This document shows positions 11,738 to 20,655 of a DNA stretch of 64,000 nucleotides, piece by piece. The first letter of the stretch is position 1. The number at the start of each line of letters is the position of its first letter. Made by a program: the position numbers and the translations under genes. The notes under the pieces are model-generated. The model saw only the letters and a list, made by a program, of their open reading frames with translations. It was not told the DNA's origin and searched no databases. This DNA is from Candidatus Eiseniibacteriota bacterium (GTDB lineage: Bacteria; Eisenbacteria; RBG-16-71-46; SZUA-252): contig DASTKC010000169.1 of the NCBI GenBank assembly GCA_035716085.1, positions 11,162 through 75,161 of the forward strand, written 5' to 3'.

Positions 11738-11929
11738 GCCTCCCTCGACTGTGCCGCGCGCGGCAAACGCAAGGCGTCCACGGTCTGAAACCGCGTAGCA
11801 ATACCCATTCCTGATCGCCCGAACGTGGAACATTCCACAAAGGGGATGGAGGGAATTGCCGGACTTGTATCCAGGAAAACGTCGGCCGAGGGGTCGAACG
11901 AACAGAAAATGTCGCGAGGTTGGCCGCCT

Positions 11930-12838
11930 CTAGCGAGCCGAGGAGCGGAACGCCTCTTCGACCATGTCGGCGTGGATCGCGACCGTGTCCTCGACGCGTT
12001 GCGCGTAGCCCCCGGCGAGATAGGCCGCGACCGGAACGGAGCGCTCGCGCGCCGCGTCGAAGACGAGCTTGTCCCGCGCGCGCAGGTCCTCGCGCGTCAG
12101 CTTGAGCCCACCGAGCTGGTCCTCCTCGAACGGGTCCGCGCCCGCCACATAGGCCACCAGGTCGGGACGGTGACTCTCGAGGATGCGCGGCACCCAGTGT
12201 CCGAGCGCAGCCAGGTAGACCTTGCCGTCTGCCCCCCGGTCTAGACCGACGTCCTGATCGCTCGGTGGCTTCACGAGCGGGTAGTTGTCCTCCTCGTGGA
12301 TCGAGAAGGTGAAGACACTGGGATCGCCCCGGAAGATGGCGGCCGTCCCGTTTCCCTGATGGACGTCCACGTCGATCACGGCCGCGCGCTGGATCGTCCC
12401 ATCGTGGAGCAGATCGCGGATCGCGATCGCGACGTCGTTCAGCACGCAAAAGCCCTCGCCGTGATCCGCGAACGCGTGGTGGAAGCCTCCCCCGAAGTTC
12501 ACGGCCGCGCCGCGCTCCCTTGCCAGGCGCGCCGCGAGAATGCTCCCTCCCGCACAGAGAAACGAGGCGTCCACGAGCTTCTTCGAGTAGGGAAGCTCGA
12601 GAATGGCCTCCTCGAGCTCGGTGAGCGTCCCCCGCACGAGCTTCTCGATGTACTCCTCGTCGTGAACCCGGGCGACCTGCGCCCGCGTGGCGGGAACGGG
12701 CTCCGCGAAATCGGTCTCGGATGCGAGCCCGCGGCGAACGACCTCGTCCCGGAGCATCCGGAATTTCCGCATGGGAAAGACGTGGAGCCCGATCTCGGCG
12801 AAGTACGCGTGGCTGTGGACGAGCCCAGGCTTGGGCAC
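11930..12838 (-). CDS. Histone deacetylase-family (HDAC/acetoin utilisation/acetylpolyamine amidohydrolase-like) protein
   Basis: GTG start placed at domain boundary (…GLVHSHAYFAEIGLHVFPMRKF…). Motifs FGGGFHHA, CVLNDVAIA, DVDVHQGNGT are typical of the arginase/deacetylase fold. Confidence 0.8.
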   Translation of the reverse strand: MPKPGLVHSHAYFAEIGLHVFPMRKFRMLRDEVVRRGLASETDFAEPVPATRAQVARVHDEEYIEKLVRGTLTELEEAILELPYSKKLVDASFLCAGGSILAARLARERGAAVNFGGGFHHAFADHGEGFCVLNDVAIAIRDLLHDGTIQRAAVIDVDVHQGNGTAAIFRGDPSVFTFSIHEEDNYPLVKPPSDQDVGLDRGADGKVYLAALGHWVPRILESHRPDLVAYVAGADPFEEDQLGGLKLTREDLRARDKLVFDAARERSVPVAAYLAGGYAQRVEDTVAIHADMVEEAFRSSAR

Positions 12839-12843
12839 GGGTC

Positions 12844-13788
12844 CTACTCGAACTGGAACGGGGAGCTGACGCGGTGCGCTTCCGGCACGGCCACCGCGGC
12901 TCCGGCCGGGACGGCGGAGCCGGACGCGGCGGGGACGAGCGCGCGATACAGGACCACGAGCGAGGCCATCACGAATGGGAAGAGGAAGGCCGAGACGGCC
13001 GACGTCCAGACCACGGTCGCGACCTTGAGGAGCGGGTGGTCCCCTCCTGCCACTGCCGTCACAACCTGAAGGATCTCGGCGGGGAAGGAAAGAACCAGGG
13101 CCGCGAGGACGACGAAAAAGAGCACCACGATCAGCCGTCCCAGGATGCCGCCGAAGTGCGACGCGACGAGGCTGAAGCTCACGCGAATCGACCGGAACGG
13201 TCCGCGCCGGTCGAGCACGAGCGCCGGAAACGCGAACCAAAGCATGAAGAGCATCAGGATGGCGTAGATGAGACACGGCACCATCGCGAGGAGCCCGATC
13301 GCTCTCGTCAGCTCTTCCGGCCGCGTTGGAATCGTGCGGACGAGAATGGCAGCCCCGGCGAAAAGGAGGAACGGAGGTCCGGCCACGATGACGAGCTGCG
13401 CGACCGCGCACACGAGGAACGCGAGCATCCGCTCGAGCACCGAGCGGACGGAGCTCCCCAGCGTGGTCGCGACCCCGCGCAAAATTCCGTCCTGGAGCAG
13501 GAGGAATGGCATGTAGATCAGCACGAGGACGGGGATGTAGGCGGGAATCTGGACGAGCGCCGCGCTCGTGACCGCCTGACTGCTCGCCTCGTCGATCGAC
13601 TGCACCCGGTCCATGGAGAGCGCGACGTAGAGGCCCATCCCGAGGCGGTAGAAGTAGAGAAAGATGAGCGCCGGGAATCCGGGCTTGATGGATGCCTTGC
13701 CCAGCGCGAGGACGGTGCGCAGATAGGTGGAGACGGGCGGAAGCGAAGGACGGCTCGCCGGCCGGGGCAGCGTCACCTGATCGTCCAT
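12844..13788 (-). CDS. Integral membrane protein (6-7 TM; GP-PDE-membrane/DUF975-like)
   Basis: Hydrophobic segments throughout. Ends 6 nt before the HDAC-like gene (operon). Family assignment weak. Confidence 0.45.
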   Translation of the reverse strand: MDDQVTLPRPASRPSLPPVSTYLRTVLALGKASIKPGFPALIFLYFYRLGMGLYVALSMDRVQSIDEASSQAVTSAALVQIPAYIPVLVLIYMPFLLLQDGILRGVATTLGSSVRSVLERMLAFLVCAVAQLVIVAGPPFLLFAGAAILVRTIPTRPEELTRAIGLLAMVPCLIYAILMLFMLWFAFPALVLDRRGPFRSIRVSFSLVASHFGGILGRLIVVLFFVVLAALVLSFPAEILQVVTAVAGGDHPLLKVATVVWTSAVSAFLFPFVMASLVVLYRALVPAASGSAVPAGAAVAVPEAHRVSSPFQFE

Positions 13789-13840
13789 CGCTGCATCATA
13801 CCCGGTCGGGCCGAGACGCCCAAGGGGCGCTTCGGTTAGG

Positions 13841-15196
13841 ATGCCGCCGATGATCCGAGGCATGTCGCGAGCCGCGGTCAAGATCAACGAGTGGACGGAG
13901 CGCTGGGTCCCCGGCGCGTTCACCATCGCGTGGATCCTCACGCTCATCGTGATCGTCCTCGCGCTCATCCTGGCCAGAGCCTCGTTCCTGGATTGCGCGC
14001 GCGCCTGGGGCGACGGCTTCTGGGAGCTCCTCCCGTTCTCCATGCAGATGTGCCTCGTGATGTTCACGGGGTCGATCGTCGCCGTGTCTCCCCCCGTCGC
14101 GCGTCTTCTCGCGCGGCTCGCCGCGCTCCCGAAGAGCCCGCGCCAGTCGATCCTCCTCACCGCGCTCGTCTCGATGCTCCTGGCGCTCGTTCACTGGGGG
14201 CTCAGCATCGTGGGAAGCGCCGTGCTCGTGCGCGAGATCGGCCGCGGCCGGACGCGCGTGGACTACCGGCTCCTCGTCGCGGCCGCCTATCTCGGCATGG
14301 GGACGACCTGGCACGCGGGGCTCTCCGCCTCCGCGCCGCTCCTCGTGGCCACGCCAGGGCACTTCCTCGAGAAGGAGATCGGGCTCATTCCGGTGGGTCA
14401 GACGATCTTCTCGCCCTTCAACCTCGTGCTCGTGGCCGTCGTGATCGCCGTGTTCACCGTGATCACGCCGCTCCTCCATCCGTCGCCGGAGCGCACCGTG
14501 ACCGTGGGGGAGGCGCAGCTCGCCGCAATCCGGAGCTTCGCGCCTCCGCGCAAGCCGGCCGGTCCCCTCGCGCCGGCAGCGCGGCTCGAGTACTCGCCGC
14601 TCGTCAACTGGACCTTCGGAGCGCTCGCGCTGGTGTGGCTGGGAGCCTACCTGGCCAAGCCGCAGCACCCGATCACGCTCAACGTCTTGAATTTCGTGAT
14701 GCTCGGGCTCGCGGTGCTCCTCCATCCGTCGGCGGCGTCGCTCGTGGCCGCGGCCGAGGAGGCGGGAGCGCTCGTGTTCGGGATCATCCTCCAGTTCCCG
14801 CTCTACGCCGGCATGTACGGGATCATCCAGTCCACCAAGCTCGCCGAGATCCTCGCGGACGGCTTCGTCCGCATCGCGAACGGATCGACGTACCCGCTCC
14901 TCGTCTACTGGTACTCGGGAATCGTGAACTACTTCGTTCCCTCGGGCGGCTCGAAGTGGGCGATCGAGGCGCCGTACATCCTCGCCGCGGGGAAGAGCCT
15001 CGGCGTCCCGGCCGCGAAGGTGGTGACCGCGTACGCGTGGGGGGACATGATGACCGACATCATCCAGCCCTTCTGGGCGATCCCGCTCCTCGCCGCGGCC
15101 AAGCTCGACTTCCGGGAGATCCTCGGCTTCTGCATGGTGCTTTTCTGCGTCTACGCGCCCATCGTGTCGCTCGCCTTCCTCTTCTTCCCGCGGTAG
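13841..15196 (+). CDS. Short-chain fatty acid transporter (AtoE family)
   Basis: About 450 aa polytopic protein. N-terminus MSRAAVKINEWTERWVPGAFTIAW… and overall architecture resemble AtoE/TIGR00366. By-eye similarity. Confidence 0.65.
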   Translation: MPPMIRGMSRAAVKINEWTERWVPGAFTIAWILTLIVIVLALILARASFLDCARAWGDGFWELLPFSMQMCLVMFTGSIVAVSPPVARLLARLAALPKSPRQSILLTALVSMLLALVHWGLSIVGSAVLVREIGRGRTRVDYRLLVAAAYLGMGTTWHAGLSASAPLLVATPGHFLEKEIGLIPVGQTIFSPFNLVLVAVVIAVFTVITPLLHPSPERTVTVGEAQLAAIRSFAPPRKPAGPLAPAARLEYSPLVNWTFGALALVWLGAYLAKPQHPITLNVLNFVMLGLAVLLHPSAASLVAAAEEAGALVFGIILQFPLYAGMYGIIQSTKLAEILADGFVRIANGSTYPLLVYWYSGIVNYFVPSGGSKWAIEAPYILAAGKSLGVPAAKVVTAYAWGDMMTDIIQPFWAIPLLAAAKLDFREILGFCMVLFCVYAPIVSLAFLFFPR

Positions 15197-15221
15197 ACTT
15201 CGGGCGCGCACAGCGCCCGCC

Positions 15222-18116
15222 ATGACCACCCAGACCACGCTTCCGCTCTTCGAGGAGATCCAGCTCGACCCCGAGCAGCGCGCCGCCGTCGAGCACGGCG
15301 ACGGTCCGCTCCTGATCGTGGCCGGCGCGGGCACGGGAAAGACCGCCGTCATCGCCCGCCGGATCGCGCATCTCATCGCGACCAAGCGCGCCCGTCCGTC
15401 GCAGATCCTCGCGCTCGCGTTCAACGAGAAGGCCGCGGCCGAGATGCAGGAGCGGGTCGACGTGCTCGTCCCCTACGGCTACGCGGACGTCACGATCCGC
15501 ACCTTCCACTCCTTTGGCGAGGACGTCCTGTCCGGGCATGGCATGGAGATCGGGATCGCCCCCGGATTCTCCGTGCTCGACCAGACGGCGCAGGCGCTCT
15601 TCCTCGCGGAGCGGCTCGACGAGCTGGGGCTCGCGCGCTACGCGCCGCTCTCCGACCCCACGCGCTATCTCTCGTCCCTCGCCACGTACTTCGGCCGGGC
15701 CAAGGACGAGCCGATCTGGCCCGAAGGGCTCAGGGACCGCGCGGCGTGGCTCGACGAGGAGGACTCACGCGACCGTGTCCTCGAGCTGGCCCACGCGTAC
15801 GAGCGCTACAACCAGCTCCTCTGGGAAGCCGGCTTCGTCGATTTCGGCGACCTCCTCGCGCTCACGCTCAAGCTCTTCGACGAGAGCCCGGGCACGCTCC
15901 GCCGCTTCCAGGAGCGCTTCACGCATGTGCTCGTCGACGAGTTCCAGGACACGAATCCCGTCCAGTTCGAGATCGTGAAGCGCCTCACGGCGCTCCACCG
16001 GAACCTCGTGGTCGTCGGGGACGACGACCAGTCGATCTACGGATTCCGGGGCGCGCACTTGAAGAACATCCTCGACTTCCACGACCAGTACCCGGACGCG
16101 AAGGGAATCGTTTTGCGCCGGAACTACCGGAGCACGAAGCCGATCCTCGAGGTGTCCCGGCGGCTCATCGTCACGAACAGGGAGCGCCTCGAGACGCGCA
16201 TCGGGATCTCGAAGCTCCTGACGACGGATGTCGAAGGCGAGTTCCCCCGCTGGCGCGAGTTCGCGACCGAAGCGGAGGAGGCCGAGTGGATCGCGGAGCA
16301 GATGGCGGAGGCCGTGGCTTCGGGGCGCCGGCGCTACCGGGATTTCGCCATCCTCGTCCGCACCAACCGCACGGCCGAGCCCTTCCTGCGCGCGCTCGAC
16401 CAGCGCGGCATTCCCTACTACTTCTCGGGCAGCCGCGGCCTCTTCCAGCGGCCCGAAGTGAAGGAGCTGGTCGCGCTCCTCCGCTCGCTCTTCCAGGAAT
16501 CGAGGCCGGAATACCTCTACCTGCTCGCGGCCGAGGGCTACGGCGTCGCCGAGGACGACCTCGCGCGCCTCATCGACCGGCTCCCGATGGAGCCGCTCTC
16601 CTTCAAGTCCGTGCTCGAGCGCGCCGCCCAAGGGACCGGTATCTTCCGGGATCTCGTCTCGGACGACGCACGCGGGAAGCTGGGCGAGATGCTCGCCCAC
16701 CTGAGCGAGCTCCACGACTTCGCGAAGGGCAAGCGGACGGGCGAGGTGCTCTACCGCTACCTCGAGCTCCGCGGCGTGCTCCGGAAGCTCGTCTCGTCCG
16801 AGCGGTTCGAGGACGAGGCGCGCGCGCGGAACATCGTGAAGTTCTTCTCCATCGTGCGCTCGTTCGAGAAGGTCGCCGTCTCCGATCGCGTCGCGCTCTT
16901 CCTCCGGCACCTGGACGCGATCCAGGACTACGGCGAGGATCCCGCGGTCGCCGACATCGACAGCGCACTCGACGTGGTTCAGGTCTTGACGGTGCACAAG
17001 GCGAAGGGGCTCGAGTTCCCGGTCGTCTTCCTGGTGCAGCTCGCCGCGGGCAAGTTCCCGACGAACAACCGAAGCGGCGGCCTCGATCTTCCGGCGCCGC
17101 GCGGCGACGCCGCGGCTGACTCCGAAACGCACCGCGAGGAAGAGCGCCGCCTTTGCTACGTCGCCTTCACGCGCGCGCGGGAGGAGCTGGTCCTGACCTT
17201 CGCGCGGGACTACGGCGGTTTCGGGCGCGAGCGGCAGCCGAGCCTGTTCCTGCAGGAGGCGTTCGATCTCGGCAAGCCCCTGCCGCCGAAGCGGCGGAAG
17301 CGGGCGATCGAGGAGCTGGAGGAGCATCGGCCGGGACTGCCGGCGCTCGCGCTCGTGGACGCGCACGCCACGCGGGATCCTCTGGAGCTCAGCGTGCGGC
17401 GTCTCGAGGACTACGAGACGTGTCCGCTCAAGTACCGCTTCCTCCACGAGATCTCCGTCGACCCCATTCTCACGCGCGATCACCGCGTGAACTTCGGGAA
17501 CGCGATGCACCAGGCGGTCGCCCATGCGCTGAATCAGCGGATGCTGGGGCGCGCGGCGCCGTTCGACGAAGTGGCCGGGGTGTTCCAGCGGGCATGGCGG
17601 CGCGAGGGCTATCGCTCCGAGGAGCACGAGCGCCGCCGGTTCGAGCAGGGGCTGGACGCGATCCGCGATTTCGTGGCGCGGGAGATCGACGCGGGGCCCG
17701 TGCCGTCCGCGGTGGAGCGGCACTTCCGCGTGAAGCTCGATGACGTCATCGTCACGGGGAGGATGGACCGGGTCGACGACCAGGACGGGGAGATCGTGCT
17801 GATCGACTACAAGACGACCGATCTGGACGATCCGGAGAAGGGAGACGCGGAGGCGAAGGACAGTCTTCAGCTCTCCGTCTACGCGCTCGCGTATCGCGAG
17901 CTGACGGGGCGCACGCCCCAGCGGGTCGAGCTGCGATACGTGCTCACGGGAGACGTGGGGCGGGCCGGGCCCGACGACAAGCGCCTCGAAAAGACGCGCG
18001 CGAAGATCGCCGCCATCGCGGCGTCGATCCGTGCGGGCGATTTCGAGGCGCGTCCGAGCGAGCGGAACTGCTCGATCTGCGCGTGCCGGCCGATCTGCAG
18101 CCGGTCGGTGCGCTAG
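15222..18116 (+). CDS. UvrD/PcrA-family helicase fused to C-terminal PD-(D/E)xK nuclease with Cas4/AddB-type Fe-S cysteine motif
   Basis: Walker A AGAGTGKTAVIARR, helicase motifs (DEFQDTN, VGDDDQSIYGFRGA). C-terminal …YETCPLKYRF…LIDYKTT…QLSVYALAY…CSICACRPIC. Confidence 0.85.
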   Translation: MTTQTTLPLFEEIQLDPEQRAAVEHGDGPLLIVAGAGTGKTAVIARRIAHLIATKRARPSQILALAFNEKAAAEMQERVDVLVPYGYADVTIRTFHSFGEDVLSGHGMEIGIAPGFSVLDQTAQALFLAERLDELGLARYAPLSDPTRYLSSLATYFGRAKDEPIWPEGLRDRAAWLDEEDSRDRVLELAHAYERYNQLLWEAGFVDFGDLLALTLKLFDESPGTLRRFQERFTHVLVDEFQDTNPVQFEIVKRLTALHRNLVVVGDDDQSIYGFRGAHLKNILDFHDQYPDAKGIVLRRNYRSTKPILEVSRRLIVTNRERLETRIGISKLLTTDVEGEFPRWREFATEAEEAEWIAEQMAEAVASGRRRYRDFAILVRTNRTAEPFLRALDQRGIPYYFSGSRGLFQRPEVKELVALLRSLFQESRPEYLYLLAAEGYGVAEDDLARLIDRLPMEPLSFKSVLERAAQGTGIFRDLVSDDARGKLGEMLAHLSELHDFAKGKRTGEVLYRYLELRGVLRKLVSSERFEDEARARNIVKFFSIVRSFEKVAVSDRVALFLRHLDAIQDYGEDPAVADIDSALDVVQVLTVHKAKGLEFPVVFLVQLAAGKFPTNNRSGGLDLPAPRGDAAADSETHREEERRLCYVAFTRAREELVLTFARDYGGFGRERQPSLFLQEAFDLGKPLPPKRRKRAIEELEEHRPGLPALALVDAHATRDPLELSVRRLEDYETCPLKYRFLHEISVDPILTRDHRVNFGNAMHQAVAHALNQRMLGRAAPFDEVAGVFQRAWRREGYRSEEHERRRFEQGLDAIRDFVAREIDAGPVPSAVERHFRVKLDDVIVTGRMDRVDDQDGEIVLIDYKTTDLDDPEKGDAEAKDSLQLSVYALAYRELTGRTPQRVELRYVLTGDVGRAGPDDKRLEKTRAKIAAIAASIRAGDFEARPSERNCSICACRPICSRSVR

Positions 18117-18158
18117 GCCCGCGCGCGACGAGACGCGGCGGGCCGTGCCGCGGCTGCG

Positions 18159-18491
18159 CTAGGCCGCGAGGACGTTGTCGAGGATCGACGTGATCTGGTG
18201 CTTGGGCACCGCGCCGACGATCTGCTCGACGATCTTCCCACCCTTGAAGATGTAGAGGCTCGGAATGCTCGTGATGCGAAACTGGCTCGCGACGCGTTGA
18301 TTGGCGTCCACGTCCACCTTGGCGACCTTGACCTTCCCCAGATACAGCTTCGCCACTTCCTCCACCACCGGAGCCACCATGCGGCAGGGGCCGCACCATT
18401 CGGCCCAGAAATCCACGAGAACGGGGATCTGCGACTGGAGGACCTCCGAATCGAAGGTCTTGTCACTCACCTGGAGTACCGCGTCGGACAT
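18159..18491 (-). CDS. trxA: Thioredoxin
   Basis: 110 aa, [10 protein letters not shown] active site. Confidence 0.92.
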   Translation of the reverse strand: MSDAVLQVSDKTFDSEVLQSQIPVLVDFWAEWCGPCRMVAPVVEEVAKLYLGKVKVAKVDVDANQRVASQFRITSIPSLYIFKGGKIVEQIVGAVPKHQITSILDNVLAA

Positions 18492-18619
18492 CGCTCAGGC
18501 TCCTTACCATGATGTGGAACACGTTGGGTCGCCGTCTGTTACGTAAGACCGAAAGGCTAACGTCTTAGATGCCCGGGATCAAGGCCGGATTCGAGGGGTC
18601 CTACGCGGGCGGGCGCTCG

Positions 18620-18648
18620 TTGACACTCCCGCCCCGGGTTCCTAGACT
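18620..18648 (+). promoter_or_regulatory. Candidate sigma-70 promoter for ABC transporter operon
   Basis: TTGACA-N17-TAGACT about 35 nt upstream of the TTG start at 18685. In trxA/ABC divergent intergenic region. Confidence 0.35.
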
Positions 18649-18684
18649 CACCCGCTTGCCATCCCACCCAGACTTGGAGACCCC

Positions 18685-19440
18685 TTGATCGAAGTCCAGA
18701 ACCTCGTCAAGACGTTCCACGACCGGAAGAAGGGCGAGATTCCGGCGGTGAAGGGCGTGTCGTTCACGTGCCCCTCGGGCAAGATCTTCGGACTTCTGGG
18801 CCGAAACGGCGCGGGCAAGACGACGACGCTGCGCATGCTCGCGACGATCCTCCAGCCGACGTCGGGCACGGCGCGCATCAACGGGCACGACATCCATCAG
18901 CGCCCCGCCGAGGTGCGGCGCTCGATCGGCTATCTGTCGGGCGACACGAAGCTCTACGACCGTCTCACCGGCCGCGATCTCCTTCAGTACTTCGGGGCTC
19001 TCGCCGGGATGCACGGCGACCGGATCGCCAAGCGGATCCAGGAGCTTCGTGAGACCTTCCAGCTCGATGAGCTCCTCGACAAGCGCGTGGGCAAGATGTC
19101 CACCGGCATGAAGCAGCGGCTCTCGATCGCGCGCGTCCTCTTCCACGAGCCACAGGTACTGATCCTGGACGAGCCCACGGCGGGCCTCGACACGGTCGCG
19201 GCGCGCCGACTGATCAACCTGATCGGCGACATGGGGAAGCGCGGGCTCACGGTCATCTTCTCGACCCACATCATGACCGAGGCCGAGCGGATCTGCGACG
19301 AGATCGCGATCATCGACCGGGGGGAGATCCTGGCCCAGGGGACGGTCGACGCGCTCTGTCACCGGAACGGATCGGGGACCGGCGAGTCGCTCGAGGACGT
19401 CTTCATCCATGCGGTGGAGGAGGTGTCCGTTGAGCGCTAA
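18685..19440 (+). CDS. ABC transporter ATP-binding protein (ABC-2 type)
   Basis: Walker A GRNGAGKTTTL, signature LSTGMKQRLSIA, Walker B ILILDEPTAGLD. Confidence 0.85.
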   Translation: MIEVQNLVKTFHDRKKGEIPAVKGVSFTCPSGKIFGLLGRNGAGKTTTLRMLATILQPTSGTARINGHDIHQRPAEVRRSIGYLSGDTKLYDRLTGRDLLQYFGALAGMHGDRIAKRIQELRETFQLDELLDKRVGKMSTGMKQRLSIARVLFHEPQVLILDEPTAGLDTVAARRLINLIGDMGKRGLTVIFSTHIMTEAERICDEIAIIDRGEILAQGTVDALCHRNGSGTGESLEDVFIHAVEEVSVER

Positions 19441-20620
19441 GACCTTCGCGGTGTTCCGGAAGGAGATCACGGACACCCTGCGCGACGGTCGCTCGGTCTT
19501 CGCCATCTTCATCTTCCCGTTCATCCTCTACCCGGCGATGCTCTTCTTCTCGAGCTGGATCCAGTCCAAGAACATGGAGGCGGCGAAGGAGCTTCAGGTC
19601 CGGGTCGGGGTCGTGGGCTCGGAGGCGCTTCCGTTCGTCGTCGATTCGCTGGCCGCGATCCAGGGCGTCACGCCGGTGCCGATGACCGCGGTCCCGTCCG
19701 ACATCGAGGGCTCGGGCGTGAACGCCGTGCTCGTGATCCCGCACGACCTCTCGGCAGCGCTCGCGCGCGGGGACAGCACCAAGGTCGAGCTCCTCTACAA
19801 GGACGCGGAGAACAAGTCCTCGGCCGCGGAGCGGCGGGTCCGGCCCTTCCTCGACCGGCTGGATCTCATGCTGACGCTCGACTGGGCGAGGGCGCAGGGC
19901 GCGCACGCCGAAGCGGGGCCCGCCTTCACGGTGGAAAGCCGCGACACATCGTCCAAGACCGAGGTCGGCCGATACATCGCGGCGCTCGTGATCCCGTACA
20001 TCCTCATCTTCATGATCACGGCGGGAGCGATGCACACCGCGGTCGACGCGACGACGGGGGAGAAGGAGAGGAGCACGCTCGAGACCCTGCTCGCGACCTC
20101 CGCCACGAGGGCCGAGCTCGTGCTCGGCAAGGTGATGGCCGTGCTCGCCGCGGCCCTGACCGGAGCCATCACAGGAATCACGGGGCTCTGGCTCACGTTT
20201 TCGGTGGTCGCGAAGGCGTTCCCGACCATGGAGTCGAGGACGCTGGACATCGCGATCAGCCCCGACAAGCTCGTGATGATCTTCCTCACGCTCATCCCGG
20301 TCGCGGTCTTCCTGAGCGCGACCCTGGTCGCGATCGGCTGCTTCGCGCGGAGCATGCGCGAGGGCCAGACCTACGCGACGTACGTCTACATGGCGGCCGT
20401 CTTCCTGGGGCTGGGGAGCTTCGGGGAGCAGACGCCTCCCTTGAAGAACTTCATGATCCCGATCTTGAACACCGCGCTCCTCCAGCGCGAGATCTTGACC
20501 GGCACCGTGCAGGCGGCGCATGCGACCGCGGCCATCGGCGTGACCGTCGGTGCCGCCATCATCATGCTGGCCATGGCGGTCCGTTTGTTTTCCAATGAAG
20601 GGGTGCTGTTCCGGAACTGA
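19409..20620 (+). CDS. ABC-2 family transporter permease
   Basis: Overlaps the upstream ATPase. Six predicted TM segments with large first extracytoplasmic loop. Start could be TTG at 19430. Confidence 0.75.
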   Translation: MRWRRCPLSAKTFAVFRKEITDTLRDGRSVFAIFIFPFILYPAMLFFSSWIQSKNMEAAKELQVRVGVVGSEALPFVVDSLAAIQGVTPVPMTAVPSDIEGSGVNAVLVIPHDLSAALARGDSTKVELLYKDAENKSSAAERRVRPFLDRLDLMLTLDWARAQGAHAEAGPAFTVESRDTSSKTEVGRYIAALVIPYILIFMITAGAMHTAVDATTGEKERSTLETLLATSATRAELVLGKVMAVLAAALTGAITGITGLWLTFSVVAKAFPTMESRTLDIAISPDKLVMIFLTLIPVAVFLSATLVAIGCFARSMREGQTYATYVYMAAVFLGLGSFGEQTPPLKNFMIPILNTALLQREILTGTVQAAHATAAIGVTVGAAIIMLAMAVRLFSNEGVLFRN

Positions 20621-20655
20621 GACCACGCGGGTCCGTGAGCCCGCCGGGAGGTGGC

